The notes under the pieces are model-generated. The model saw nothing but the letters and a program-made list of their open reading frames with translations. It was not told where the DNA came from and did not search any database. A stretch of 64,000 nt of DNA, from NCBI GenBank assembly GCA_963716745.1, contig OY970320.1:2176001-2240000 (forward strand), written 5' to 3'. Of this stretch, positions 43,038 to 56,278 are shown piece after piece. Made by a program: the position numbers and the translations under genes. How positions within the stretch are numbered: position 1 is the first letter of the stretch; every line of letters begins with the position of its first letter. The DNA comes from an uncultured Gemmatimonadaceae bacterium. GTDB lineage: Bacteria; Gemmatimonadota; Gemmatimonadetes; Gemmatimonadales; Gemmatimonadaceae.

Positions 43038-45479
43038 ATGGATCTACTCCTTCAGGATCTGCATCGCGCAGCGCGTGCGCTGGTGCGCACGCCGGCCTTC
43101 ACGCTCGCGGTGATCGCGACGCTCGCGCTCGGCATCGGCGCGAACACCGCGGTGTTCAGCGTGGTGAACGCGGCGCTGTTGCGCGCGCTGCCGTTCCCGG
43201 AGTCCGGGCGCGTGTACGCGGTATGGGAGACGAAGAACGGCCAACAGACCAATGGACCGTCTCGCCGCCGGACTTCTTCGACGTGCGCGCGCAGAACCAC
43301 TCGTTCACCGCGATGGCGGCGGCCACCGGCGGCGGCGCGACGCTCACCGGCGCCGGCGACCCCGTTTACTTCGCAGGGACTTCGCGTCACCGTGGATTAT
43401 TTCCGCGTGCTCGGCGTGAAGCCCGCGATGGGCCGCGCGTTCGACTCTACGGAGTTCGAGAAAGGCCGCGATCACGTGGTCATCCTCTCGAACGGCGCCT
43501 GGAAGGAACGCTTCGGCGGCGATCCCGCGATCATCGGCCGCGTGCTCCAGCTCAATGCCGAGGGCTACACCGTGTGGGCGTGCTGGCGGCGGGCGAGGCG
43601 TTCCCGGAGAGCGTGGACTACTGGTCGCCGCTGAGCTTCACCGCGGAGGAGCTGTCCACGCAGCGCGGCGCGCACTATTTGCTCGTGACCGGCCGGCTGC
43701 GCAACGGCGTGTCGCCGGAAGAAGCGCGGACGGATGTCGTGCGCGATCGGCGCACGGTTGGCAGCGGCATATCCGAACTCGAACACCGGCGGCGGCTTGA
43801 CGACGCAGAGCGTGCGTGATTCGCTCACCGGCGATCTGCGCACGATGCTGTTCGTGCTGCTCGGCGCCGTGACGCTCGTGCTCATGATCGCGTGCGCCAA
43901 TGTCGCGAATCTGCTGCTCGCTCGCGCGAGCGGCCGCACGCGTGACGTGGCGGTGAGCATGGCGCTGGGCGCGAGGCGCGGCGATCTCATCCGCCGCTCG
44001 CTCGCGGAGAGCCTGCTGCTCACGACGGCGCGGGCGCGAGTCGTGGGCCTGCTGCTCGCGAGCTGGCTGACGAGCGCGCTCGCGGCATTGCGCCCCGAAT
44101 GCGCTGCGCAACGTGAGAGACATCGCGATCGACGGGCCGGTGCTCGTCTACACGCTGTCTCGTCGCGTGCGGAACCGGCGTCCTGTTCGGCCTCGTTCCC
44201 GTGTGGCGCGCCGGGCCGCGCCCGCGATGTGCACCAGCTGCTGCGCTCGGGCGGACGCGGCGTGGTGGGCGCGGGCGCCTCGTGGCGCGTGCGGGGTGGA
44301 CTCGTTGCCGCAGAGCTGGCGATCGGCGTGATGCTGCTCGCCGGCGCAGGACTTCTCGTCCGCAGCTTCATACGGCTGCAGCATGTGGATCCCGGGTTCG
44401 CGACCGTGCAGGCCTGGACCTTCCGCGTGGGGCTGCCCAATGCGCGGTATCCGAAGCCGGAGAACGCGCGCCAATTCTTCGGCGCGCTCGAGGAGCGTCT
44501 CGCCGCGATCCCCGGCGTCGCCGGCGTCGCGGCCGCGAACATCCTGCCACTCGACGAATACAATTATTCCATCAGCGTCCGTTCGATCGACGGCGTGGTG
44601 ATCGAGGACGCGAAGCAGCCGTCGGTGCAGATCCGCGTCGTCACGCCGGATTTCCTGAAGGGGCTCAGCGTGCCCTTCGTGGCGGGGCGCGACTTCGCGG
44701 CGACGGACCGCGATTCCGCGCCGGTCGTGGCCATCGTGAACGAGGCCGCCGCGCGCCTGCTCTTCCACGGCGAGAACGCCATGGGCCACCATTTCGAACT
44801 CGGTACGAAATTCGGCCTTGGCGGTCCGCGCGCCGGCGGTGAAGTGATCGGCGTCGTGCGTGACGTGCATGACGACGCGATCGCGAAGCCGGCGAGTCCC
44901 ACCGTCTATGCGGCGCATGCGCAGTTCCCGTTGAGCGACATGTCCGTCGTGATCCGCGCACAGCCGGGCACGGACGCGCGCACGCTCGCGGCGCCGGTGC
45001 GCGCCGCCTTGAAGGCGGGCGATCCGCTGCTTCCCCAATCGGCTCTCAAGCCGCTCGCCGAGTTGGTGAGCGGGTCCATTGCTCGGCCGCGGTTCTCGAT
45101 GCTCGTGGTGGGGCTCTTCGCCGCGATCGCGCTGGCGCTCGCGGCCGTCGGCATCTACGGCGTGATGGCCGGCCTCGTGAACCAACGCGAGAGCGAGATC
45201 GGCATCCGCATGGCGCTCGGTGCGGGCGGTGCGCGGGTGGTGTCGGAGATCGTCCGCACCATGCTGCCGGCCGTCGCCTTCGGATTGGGCGCGGGCCTCG
45301 TGGGCGCGCTGGCGCTCACGCGATTGCTCGGCAGCCTGCTCTATGAGATCGGTCCGTCCGACCCGGCGACGCTTGCGGCCACGCTCGGCGTGCTCATGGT
45401 GGTCGCCTTCCTCGCCAGTTATCTGCCCGCGCGCCGCGCATCGCGCGTCGACCCGATGACCGCGCTCCGCGCGGAGTGA
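43038..45479 (+). CDS. MacB/ADOP-type permease 5, with several frameshifts in 43250-44200 (sequencing error or pseudogene)
   Basis: [18 protein letters not shown] at 43038; homologous pieces alternate between frames; intact C-terminal half ending DPMTALRAE. Confidence 0.8.
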
Positions 45480-45486
45480 GTCGCTC

Positions 45487-47893
45487 ATGAACGACATCAA
45501 GCTCGCATTCCGCCGCCTGATCAAATCGCCGCTCTTCACCGGCGTCGGCGATGCTCACGCTCGCGCTCGGCATTGGCGCGAACAGCGCGGTGTTCTCGGT
45601 GGTGAACGCGGTGCTGCTCCGGCCGCTGCCGTACCCGAACGAAGGGCGGCTGATGATGCTTTATCCGCATGACGCCGACGGAGAGGAGACATTCTCGCCC
45701 GTGGATTTCATGCGATTCGAACGCGACAGCCGGCTCGTGTCGCCGGTCGCGGCATTTCGCTCGTGGACGTTCAACGTCGGTGCCGGCGGCCGCCCTGAGA
45801 AAGCCAATGGCGCGATCGTCACCGCGGGTTTCTTCAAGACGCTCGGCGTGTCGCCGGAGCTTGGCCGGTGGCCCGAGGAAACGAGCCCGGGCCGGCTGAA
45901 CACTGGCGAAGTCGTGATCTCGGACGGCTACTGGCGCAGCAGTCTCGGCGCTCGCGCCGGCGTGCTCGGCACGGTGATCGACCTGAACGGCGAGCCGGTG
46001 GCGATCGTGGGCGTGATGCCGCCGGGCTACGACGTGCCGGTGGGCGCGGAGATCTGGAGGCCGTCGCCGTTCGCGGTGCCTCCGACCCCGCTGCGGCCCA
46101 CGGAGGACGTTTCGACCGAATCGGACACGCACTATTTCGAGTCGATCGGACGCGTTCGCCCCGACGTCTCCATCGAGGCCGCGCGCGCCGAGGCGAGCGC
46201 GATCGTGAATCGCAACGCGCGGATCGAGAACGGAAAGCCGGAGTTCGATGGCGCGACGCTCATCACGATCCACGAGGACCGTGTGGGCGACAGCCGCGCG
46301 GCGCTGTTGCTGCTCGTCGGCGCGGCGGGCGTGCTGCTGCTCATCGCGAGCGTGAATCTCGCGAACCTGCTGCTCGCGCGCGCCGCATCGCGGTCGCGCG
46401 AGTGGCTCGTGCGCTCCGCGCTCGGCGCCGGCCGCTGGCAGCTGGCCAAGGAGCAGCTCATCGAGAGCGTGATGCTCGCGCTCCTCGGCGGCGGGGCGGG
46501 GCTGCTCATCGCGACGTGGGGCGTGGCATCGCTGCGCTCGCTCGCGCCGTTCGACCTGCAGGGGCTCATCGATGCGTCGCCCGACTGGCGCGTGGTGGGC
46601 TTCACAATGGCGGTCGCGATCGCGACTGGCATCGCGTTCGGCGTGGGACCGGCGCTGCAGACCGCGCGCGGCGATATCGCGACGGGCATGCGTGAGGGCG
46701 GCCGAGGCGCCGTGGATTCGCGTGCGCGGCGCCGCGTGCGCGATACGCTCGCCGTGAGCGAAGTGGCGCTCGCCTGCGTGCTGGCCGTGGGCGCCGGACT
46801 GTTGGTGAAGGCGTTCGTGTCCGTGCAGAACGTGAGCGAGGGATTCGAGACGCACGGCGTGGTCACAATGGCGCTCACGCTCCCGCAGGTGAAGTATCCC
46901 GACGGCGACCGGCGCGCCGCATTCGTGGACCAAATAGTGCCGGCGATCGCGGCGCTGCCGCAGGTGACGTCGGTGGGCGTGATCAGCCGTTTGCCGCTCA
47001 ATCCGGGAGCCAGCCGCAGCGACCTGAAGATCGAAGGGCGCGAGACGCGGCCGGACGACCCGAATCCCGACTATCTCGTGGCGTCGCCGGGCTACTTCAA
47101 GTCACTCTCGATCCCTGTCATTCGCGGGCGCGATTTCGACGAGCGCGACCGGTTGAACGCGGCACAAGTCGCGATCGTCACCCAGAGCACCGCGCAGCGA
47201 TTCTGGGGGAAGACCAATGTCCTCGGCGCACGGATCCAGATCCGCGACGACCGGTGGCGCACGGTCGTAGGCGTGGTGGCCAATGTGCGCCAGCATGAGC
47301 TCGACCGTAAGCCGATCCCCGGCGTGTATCTCCCGTACGATCAGGATGCATGGGCGAACTTCACGATCGCGGTGCGCGGCACCGGCGACGCCGCGTCGAT
47401 GACCGGCCCGATCGAGCGCGCGATCCACGCGCTCGATGCGGATCAGGCGGTGTACGCGATCCGCACGATGGATGAAGTGGTCGCGCGCTCGCTCGCGGCG
47501 CGGCGGTTCACGCTGATGCTCATCTCATTGTTCACGGCGGTCGCGCTCGCGCTCGCGGCGGTTGGCGTCTATGGCGTGATCGCCTATGGCGTCGCCCAGC
47601 GGACGCGCGAGATGGGCGTGCGCGTCGCACTCGGTGCGCTGCCGAGCGACGTGGTGCGTCTCGTGGTGCGCGACGGCATGCTCGTCGCGGGGGCGGGCGT
47701 GGCGGCGGGCTTGCTCGTTGCGCTCGCGCTCTCACCGGTGCTCAAGGCGATGCTCTACGCGGTGCAGCCTCGCGATCCGGTCACTTTCCTGGCGGTGGGC
47801 GGTATGGTGGCGGCGGTCGCGCTGCTCGCGAGCTGGATCCCGGCGCGGCGCGCCTCGCGCGTGGATCCGCTGGAGGCGCTGCGCGAGGAGTGA
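45487..47893 (+). CDS. MacB/ADOP-type permease 6 (frameshift near 45545)
   Basis: MNDIKLAFRRLIKSPLFT then [21 protein letters not shown]. Confidence 0.88.
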
Positions 47894-47926
47894 CGCTCCG
47901 CCCTCGCGGGCGATAATCTTAGCACC

Positions 47927-49288
<1,362 letters not shown>

Positions 49289-49296
49289 CGCTCCGG

Positions 49297-50610
49297 ATGG
49301 CGGGCAGCCATGAGCGCAGCGTTACGACCATCGCGGTCGCCGGCAGCTTTCCCGCGCTCGCGCTCGCACTGATCCTGCTGTGGACCGGCGACTTCGCGCC
49401 GCGCACGCAGTGGACGCTCACGATCATCATCGGACTCGCATTCCTGATCGGGATCATCGCGCTCCGCGAGCGCGTCGTGCGGCCGCTGCAGACGCTGAGC
49501 AACATGCTGGCCGCGATCCGCGAGCAGGACTATTCGCTGCGCGCGCGACGCGCGAACGCCGACGACGCGCTGGGCCTCGCGATGCTCGAACTGAATTCGC
49601 TCATGGCCGAGTTGCGCGCGCGGCGCCTGGGCGCGCTCGAGGCCACCGCGCTGCTGCGGCGCGTGATGGAAGAAGTCGACGTCGCAGTACTCGCATTCGA
49701 CGACGCGGGCGCGCTGCGCCTCGTGAACGCCGCCGGCGAGCGGATCCTCGAGCAGCCCGCCGAGCGATTGCTGGGCAAACGCGCCGAGGATCTGAATCTC
49801 GCCGAAGCACTCGCCGGCGATGCGCCGCGCGTGCTCGATCTCGCGCTGGGTGGGAAATCGGGCCGCTGGGAAGTGCGCCGCGGCAATTTCCGCCAGGACG
49901 GCAAGCCGCACACGTTCTTGTTGCTGGCCGATGTGAGCCGAGCGCTGCGCGAGGAGGAGCGACTGGCGTGGCAGCGGCTGATCCGAGTGCTGGGGCACGA
50001 GATCAATAATTCCGTGACGCCGATCAATTCACTCGCCGAACGCTTGGGCCAATTGCTGGGCCGCTCGCCGCCGGAGGGCGAATTGCGCGAGGACTTGAAG
50101 AAGGGTTTAAGCGTGATCTCGAGCCGCTCGCAGGGCTTGAGCCGATTCCTGGCGAGCTACACGCGCTTGGCGAAACTCCCGCCGCCGAAACTGGCGCCGG
50201 TGAAAGTGGATACGTGGGTGCAGCGCGTCGTGCGATTGGAAACGCGCTTGCCCGTCGCGATCGAGGCGGGCCCGCCGATCACCCTGAGCGCCGACGGCGA
50301 TCAACTCGACCAACTCCTGATCAACCTGATCGCGAACGCCGTCGACGCCGCCCAGAGCACGGGCGGAGGCGTGCGCGTCCGGTGGACACGCATCGACGGC
50401 AATTTCGAGTTGAGCGTCCTCGACGACGGCCCCGGCCTGCCGAAATCCGCGAACCTCTTCGTCCCATTCTTCACCACGAAGCCGGGCGGCACAGGAATCG
50501 GTCTTGTTCTCTCGCGCCAGATCGCGGAGGCGCATGGAGGCCTGGTCACGCTCACAAACAGGCCCGACGCAAAGGGATGTGAAGCGAGATTGACGCTACC
50601 GCTGAACTGA
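49297..50610 (+). CDS. Sensor histidine kinase (two TMs, HAMP/PAS-like, HisKA, HATPase)
   Basis: VLGHEINNS, LINLIANA, DDGPG, PFFTTK, GTGIGL; very short loop between the two TMs. Confidence 0.92.
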   Translation: MAGSHERSVTTIAVAGSFPALALALILLWTGDFAPRTQWTLTIIIGLAFLIGIIALRERVVRPLQTLSNMLAAIREQDYSLRARRANADDALGLAMLELNSLMAELRARRLGALEATALLRRVMEEVDVAVLAFDDAGALRLVNAAGERILEQPAERLLGKRAEDLNLAEALAGDAPRVLDLALGGKSGRWEVRRGNFRQDGKPHTFLLLADVSRALREEERLAWQRLIRVLGHEINNSVTPINSLAERLGQLLGRSPPEGELREDLKKGLSVISSRSQGLSRFLASYTRLAKLPPPKLAPVKVDTWVQRVVRLETRLPVAIEAGPPITLSADGDQLDQLLINLIANAVDAAQSTGGGVRVRWTRIDGNFELSVLDDGPGLPKSANLFVPFFTTKPGGTGIGLVLSRQIAEAHGGLVTLTNRPDAKGCEARLTLPLN

Positions 50611-50623
50611 ACCGCACGAACAA

Positions 50624-50774
50624 GGGAAACGGGATACGGGAAACGGGAGGCGGTGGGCTCGGGAATCCGTTTTCTGTTGACTGTCGACTGTAGACTGTCG
50701 ACTGGCAGTCACTCGATCACTGTTGACTGTTGACTGCTATTCTAAGAGAGCAGGTGGCAGTAGTCAGCAGTTAA
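50624..50774. repeat. Heptamer tandem repeats (GGGAWAC x3; CTGTNGA x4 and x2) and a 16-bp stem
   Basis: Direct reading; 50723-50738 pairs with 50759-50774 using three G-U pairs on the + strand. Confidence 0.8.
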
Positions 50775-50784
50775 TGGAGGTCCC

Positions 50785-50798
50785 GGCACGAGGTATGC
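50785..50798 (+). promoter_or_regulatory. Predicted second sigma54 promoter upstream of permeases 7-8
   Basis: cGGcacgaggtatGCa, GG-N10-GC spacing with GGCACG consensus. Confidence 0.6.
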
Positions 50799-51013
50799 AC
50801 TAGAGAGATCACCATGCGCCTCCCCCCTCTCTCCGCCCTCGCAACCCTCCTCCACATGTCCGCTTCCGGGATGCACCGTCCGCCAGCGAACAGCGAGGCC
50901 CTGAAGCCAACTATCTACGCCCCGAGCCTGTCCAACCTGCGACCGGAGCGTGCTCGGGGCGCCGAGAACTGTCTCGAATCGCAGGACCACGAAGCCGCAA
51001 ACGAGGTGGCTAA

Positions 51014-53468
51014 ATGAGCGAGCTCCTGTTCGACCTGAAATACTCCCTCCGCCGCCTCGCAAAATCGCCTGTGTTCTCGGCGATCATCATCCTCACCCTC
51101 GCACTCGGCATCGGCGCCAACACCGCGATCTTCTCGGTCGTGAATACGGTGCTGCTCACTCCCGCGCCGTACCGCGAACCAGGACAGCTCGTCGAAGTCT
51201 TCCACTGGTACGAGAACCTCAAGCTCCACGCCGGCGTCTCCGCCCCCGGCTTTCACACTTATCGCGATGAGACACACGACTTCGACGCCGTGGCCGTCAC
51301 TGCCGGCTGGGGCGTGAATCTCACGGGCGTCGGCGATCCCCAGCGCGTCACCGGCGTCCGCGCGAGCGGCGACTTCTGGAAAGTGCTCGGCGTTCCGCCG
51401 GCGCTGGGCCGCGTGTTCGGCCGCGATGAAGATGAACCGGGCAAGGAGCGCGTCGCGGTGATCAGCGACGGTCTCTGGAAGCGCGTCTTCGGCGGCGACG
51501 CCTCGATCGTGGGCAAGAACGTGTCGATCAATGGAGAGCCCTACACGATCGTCGCAGTCATGCCGCCCGGCTTCGTCGATCCGTGGAATCGCAATGCCGA
51601 TATGTGGCGCCCGCTCGCGCTGCCGGTCGCGAACTTCGCCGTCGGCAATTTCACGAATGAATTCATGAAGCTCATCGCGCGCCTCAAGCCCGGCGTCACG
51701 GTCGAGCAGGCGGACCGCGACATGGGCGCGCTCGCCACGGATCTCAAGAAACGCTACCCCGATCAGTTCGGCCCCAGCTGGACGCTGCGCACTACGACGT
51801 ACGCCGAGTCGACCACGGGCAACGTGCGCACGCCGCTGCTTTGGCTGCTCGGCGCCGTGGGCGTCGTGCTGCTCATCGCCTGCGCGAACGTCGCGAACAT
51901 GTTCCTCGCGCGCGCCGCGGGGCGTCAGCGTGAAGTGGCCGTGCGCACCGCGCTCGGCGCCGAGCGTTGGGCGCTGATAAGACAGTTCCTCGTGGAGAGC
52001 GTGATGCTGAGCGTGGCCGGCGGCGCGCTCGGCTTGTTCGTCGCCGACAGCACGCTGCGCGCGCTCGTGGCGCTGAACCCGGCGAGCATCCCCGGCGCGG
52101 CCACACTGCACGTCGACGGCAGGGTGGTGCTGTTCACCGCGCTCATCGCGGTGGCCACGGGCGTCGTGTTCGGCATCGCGCCCGCGCTCCACGCCTCGGC
52201 GGGCGATCTGCATGCGTCGCTCAAGGAAGGCGGACGCGGAGGCACCACCGACAAGAAAGGCCAACTCGTGCGCCGCTCGCTCGTGGTGTCCGAGATGGCG
52301 ATGGCCGTGGTGTTGTGCTTCGGCGGCGGCCTGATGATCAAGAGCTTCGCGAAGCTGGCGGACGTCGATCCCGGGTTCGATCCGCACAACATGCTCACGT
52401 TCACCCTTTCGCTGCCCAAGACGCAGTACCCGAACGACACCGCGCAGCGCGCCTTCATGGCGCGCCTCGTGCCGCGCATCGCGGAAGTGCCCGGCGTTCT
52501 TGCCTCCGGCATCACCTCAGTGCTTCCGTTCAGTGGCGACTGGTCCACGGGCAGCTTCAACGTCGAGGGCTACACGCCGCCGCCCAAGATGAACTCGCCG
52601 TGGGGCGACCTGCGGTTCATCTCGCCCGGATTCCTGTCCGCCATGAAAGTGCCGCTGCTCGCCGGCCGGATGCTCGATGCGCGCGACACGCACGAGGCGC
52701 CGCAGGTCTGCATCGTGGACGAGGAATTCATCCACAAGTATTACGGGAAGGACGTGACGCCCGCCTCGGCGCTCGGCAAGCGGATCTTCTTCGAGAACCT
52801 GCCGGTCACCGACTCGACGCACTTCATTAGCATCGTGGGCGTGGTCGGCCACACCAAGCACGAAGGGCCTCGACGCCGATCCGCGCGTGCAGGTCTATTT
52901 CCCGGTGGACCAGCAGAGCTTCAACTTCAATTTCATGTACGTGATCGCGCGCACGGCCGGTGATCCCAAGCTCTCGGTGAACGCGGTGCGCAGCGCCGTG
53001 CTCGACGTGGACCACAATCTTCCGATCGCGCAAGTGAACACGCTCGAGAAGCAGGTGAACGACTCCATGGGGCGCCGCCGCATTGCCGCGATCCTGCTCG
53101 GCGTCTTCTCGTCGCTCGCGCTGCTGCTCGCATCACTCGGGATCTATGGCGTGATGAGTTACGCCGTGGCGCAGCGCACACGTGAGATCGGCGTGCGCGT
53201 GGCATTGGGCGCGAGCCGCGGCAGAGTGTTGCAGCTCATCGTGGGGCAGGGCGCGACGCTCGCGGTGATCGGTGGAGTCGTCGGCATTGCCGGCGCACTC
53301 ACCGGCGCGTGGGTGCTGCGCTCGCAGCTCTATGCGGTGCAGTGGTGGGATCCGGGAACGCTGGTGTCCATCGTGGCGCTGCTGTCGGGCGCTGTTGTCG
53401 TGGCGTCGATCATTCCCGCGCTGCGGGCGGCCGCGATCCATCCGACTGAGGCTTTGAGAGAAGAGTGA
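51014..53468 (+). CDS. MacB/ADOP-type permease 7 (frameshift near 52868)
   Basis: ORFs 51014..52963 and 52887..53468 join at [16 protein letters not shown]. Confidence 0.88.
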
Positions 53469-55927
53469 ACAACAACGACGCGGGAAGCGGGAAGGGGGAA
53501 GCGAGACTGCTCAATCAAGTGCGGCAGGACATTGGTTACGCCCTCCGTTCGCTGCGTAAGGCGCCGGGGTTCGCGGTGATCGCGATCGCGACGCTCGCGC
53601 TGGGGATCGGGGCGAACACGGCGATCTTCTCCGTCGTGAACGGCGTCCTGCTTCGGCCGCTGCCGTTCCAGGACCCCGACCGCCTCGTGCTCGTGGCCGC
53701 CAGCTACGACGGCCGCCGCGCCGCGCCCGCCTCGCCCGCCAACATCGCGGACTGGCAGACGCAGAGTCACTCCTTCACCTCGATCGCCGTCGTGGGCGGG
53801 CACTCGGTGGTGCTCACCGGCAGCGGCGATCCGGAACGGCTGCGCGGCGCCGACGTCGGCGCCGACATGTTCACGATCCTCGGCGTGAAGCCGGTGCTCG
53901 GCCGCGTCGCGTTCACGCCGCAAGAAGCGGCGTTCAACGGCTCGAAGGCGGTGCTGCTCAATGAATCGCTCTGGAAGACGCGATTCGGCAGCGATCCCGC
54001 GCTCGTGGGCAAGTCGATCATCCTCGACAACGAGAGCTATCTCGTCGCGGGCATCGTGCCCGCGGCGTCGGCGTGGCCCGCGAACGCGGTGGTCTGGATG
54101 CCGTACAGCTACGATCCCGCGCGGCTCGCGCAGAGCCGGGGCGCGGTCTATCTCAACACCATCGCCCGGCTCAAGCCGGGTGTGTCGCTCGCGAGCGCGG
54201 CCGCCGACATGCGCGCGGTCCAGGAGCGCCTCGACAAGGATTACCCCGAGGCGAACACCGGCGTCGGCTCGAAGGTCATCACCATGCAGGAGAGCATCAC
54301 CGGCGACCTGCGGCGCCCGCTGTACGTGCTGTTGGGCGGCGTCGCATTCGTGCTGCTCATCGCGTGCGCCAACGTCGCAAATCTGCTCCTCGTGCGCGGA
54401 GTCGCGCGTGAAGGCGAGATCGCCGTGCGCACCGCGCTCGGCGCCGGCCGCGGGCGGTTGATCCGCCAGCTCGTGACCGAGAGCGTCGTGCTGTCGCTCC
54501 TTGGCGGCGGGGCGGGGCTCATGCTCGCGCTGTACGGCACGCAAGTGCTCGTGAGCCTCGCGCCGTCGAGCATCCCGCGCCTCGATTCCATTCGCGTAGA
54601 TGGCATCGTGCTGGGATTCACTTTGCTCATCGCGGTCGCGACAGGCGTGATCTTCGGTCTCGTGCCATCGCGCCAGCTCACGCGCCCCGATGTCGCGAAG
54701 ACGCTTCGCGAGGGCGGGCGCGGCGGCGGGCGGGCCGGAACGCATCGCGCGCGCAGCGCGCTCGTGGTCGCCGAGGTGGCGCTGAGCGTGATGCTCCTGG
54801 TGGGCGCGGGACTGCTCATTCGCAGCTTCGGACAGCTCACGGCTGTGGACCCGGGATTCCGCACGGAGAGCTCGATCGCCTTCAATTTGAGTTTGCCGCA
54901 GACCAAGTACGAAACGCCGGAGAAGACGGGTCTCATGCTCTCGCAGATCATGGAGCGCGTGCGCGCGATCCCGGGCGTGGCGCAAAGTGGTGCGGCGTTC
55001 GGTCTGCCCCTCACGAATTTCAGTTTCGGCTTTTCGTTCTCCATCGCGGGACGACCGCCGGCGAAGCCCGGAGAGGAGCCGGATGCGCAAGTGCGCATGG
55101 CGACGCCCGACTATTTCCCGACCATGGGCATCAAGGTGCTGAAAGGGCGCGGCATGACGCCGGAGGATCGCGCCGGTGCGCCGGTCGCTTTGCTCATCAC
55201 CGAGACCGGCCGTCAGCGATTCTTCCCGGACGAGGATCCCATCGGGAAGCACATCACGATCGGCATCGGGCGGAACGGGCACAATCTGGAGGGTGACATT
55301 GTAGGCATCGTCGCCGACACCAAGCAGAGTTCGCTCGCGACGGCGACGCTGCCGCAATTCTGGATCCCCTACGCCCAGTGGCCGATGAACAGCGTGACCG
55401 TGGTGATGCACACCACGCGCGATCCCTTCGCGGCGGTGGCCGACGCGCGGCGCGCGATCAAGGAGCTCGATCCCGATCTCGCGCTTTCGGGCATCAAGAC
55501 GCTGGACCAGGTCGTTTCCGAATCGGTCGCGCAGCCGAGGTTCTACATGGTGCTTCTGGCGGTCTTCGCCGGCGTGGCGGTGCTCCTCTCCGCGATCGGC
55601 ATTTACGGCGTGATCGCGTACCTGGTGGGCCAGCGCTCGCGGGAGATCGGCATTCGTCTCGCCCTTGGCGCGAGCCAGACCACCGTGATCCGCATGATCG
55701 CCCGCGACGGCGCGATCATGACCGCAACGGGCATTGGCGTAGGACTCGTCGGAGCGTTCGCGTTAACGCGCTCGATGACGGCGTTGCTATTCGACGTGAA
55801 GCCGAGCGACCCGATCACTTATCTCGCGGTGACGGCATTGCTCGCAGCCGTGGCGCTCGCGGCCAGCTGCATCCCGGCGCTGAGAGCGGCCCATGTGGAT
55901 CCGGCATTGACCATGCGAGCGGAGTAG
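53465..55927 (+). CDS. MacB/ADOP-type permease 8
   Basis: GTGA overlap; [29 protein letters not shown]. Confidence 0.92.
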   Translation: MNNNDAGSGKGEARLLNQVRQDIGYALRSLRKAPGFAVIAIATLALGIGANTAIFSVVNGVLLRPLPFQDPDRLVLVAASYDGRRAAPASPANIADWQTQSHSFTSIAVVGGHSVVLTGSGDPERLRGADVGADMFTILGVKPVLGRVAFTPQEAAFNGSKAVLLNESLWKTRFGSDPALVGKSIILDNESYLVAGIVPAASAWPANAVVWMPYSYDPARLAQSRGAVYLNTIARLKPGVSLASAAADMRAVQERLDKDYPEANTGVGSKVITMQESITGDLRRPLYVLLGGVAFVLLIACANVANLLLVRGVAREGEIAVRTALGAGRGRLIRQLVTESVVLSLLGGGAGLMLALYGTQVLVSLAPSSIPRLDSIRVDGIVLGFTLLIAVATGVIFGLVPSRQLTRPDVAKTLREGGRGGGRAGTHRARSALVVAEVALSVMLLVGAGLLIRSFGQLTAVDPGFRTESSIAFNLSLPQTKYETPEKTGLMLSQIMERVRAIPGVAQSGAAFGLPLTNFSFGFSFSIAGRPPAKPGEEPDAQVRMATPDYFPTMGIKVLKGRGMTPEDRAGAPVALLITETGRQRFFPDEDPIGKHITIGIGRNGHNLEGDIVGIVADTKQSSLATATLPQFWIPYAQWPMNSVTVVMHTTRDPFAAVADARRAIKELDPDLALSGIKTLDQVVSESVAQPRFYMVLLAVFAGVAVLLSAIGIYGVIAYLVGQRSREIGIRLALGASQTTVIRMIARDGAIMTATGIGVGLVGAFALTRSMTALLFDVKPSDPITYLAVTALLAAVALAASCIPALRAAHVDPALTMRAE

Positions 55928-55937
55928 GGAACTCACT

Positions 55938-56207
55938 GCGCTCGTCGTTCTCCTTGCGCCGAAAGACAAGTATCACGGTTCATGTTCAATGGGATGCGGC
56001 GGAAAACTGCACGGATTGACTCCGAGTGGCGAAAGGCTCTCTCGCGCGCAGTCGGCGCTGTGTTGTTGTTGTTAACAACAAATACAGAAGCCTGACCGGC
56101 GGAGTGATCTCTCATCGCACTCGGAGTCAATCTGTGCTTCTTCCGCCGCATCCCATTGAATATGAACCGTGATTCATGTGTTCCAGCGCATCGTACGTGA
56201 CGAGCGC
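55938..56207. repeat. ~270-bp palindromic element, copy 3 (interior inverted relative to copies 1-2)
   Basis: atcacggttcatgttcaatgggatgcggcggaa / ttccgccgcatcccattgaatatgaaccgtgat; centre ttgttgttaacaacaa. Confidence 0.92.
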
Positions 56208-56278
56208 GCGGGCAACCGTTCTTGCGGCCTCGGTCGCGAAGGCGTACCTCACAGGACCCATTCCCGTCCGGAGCCCTC

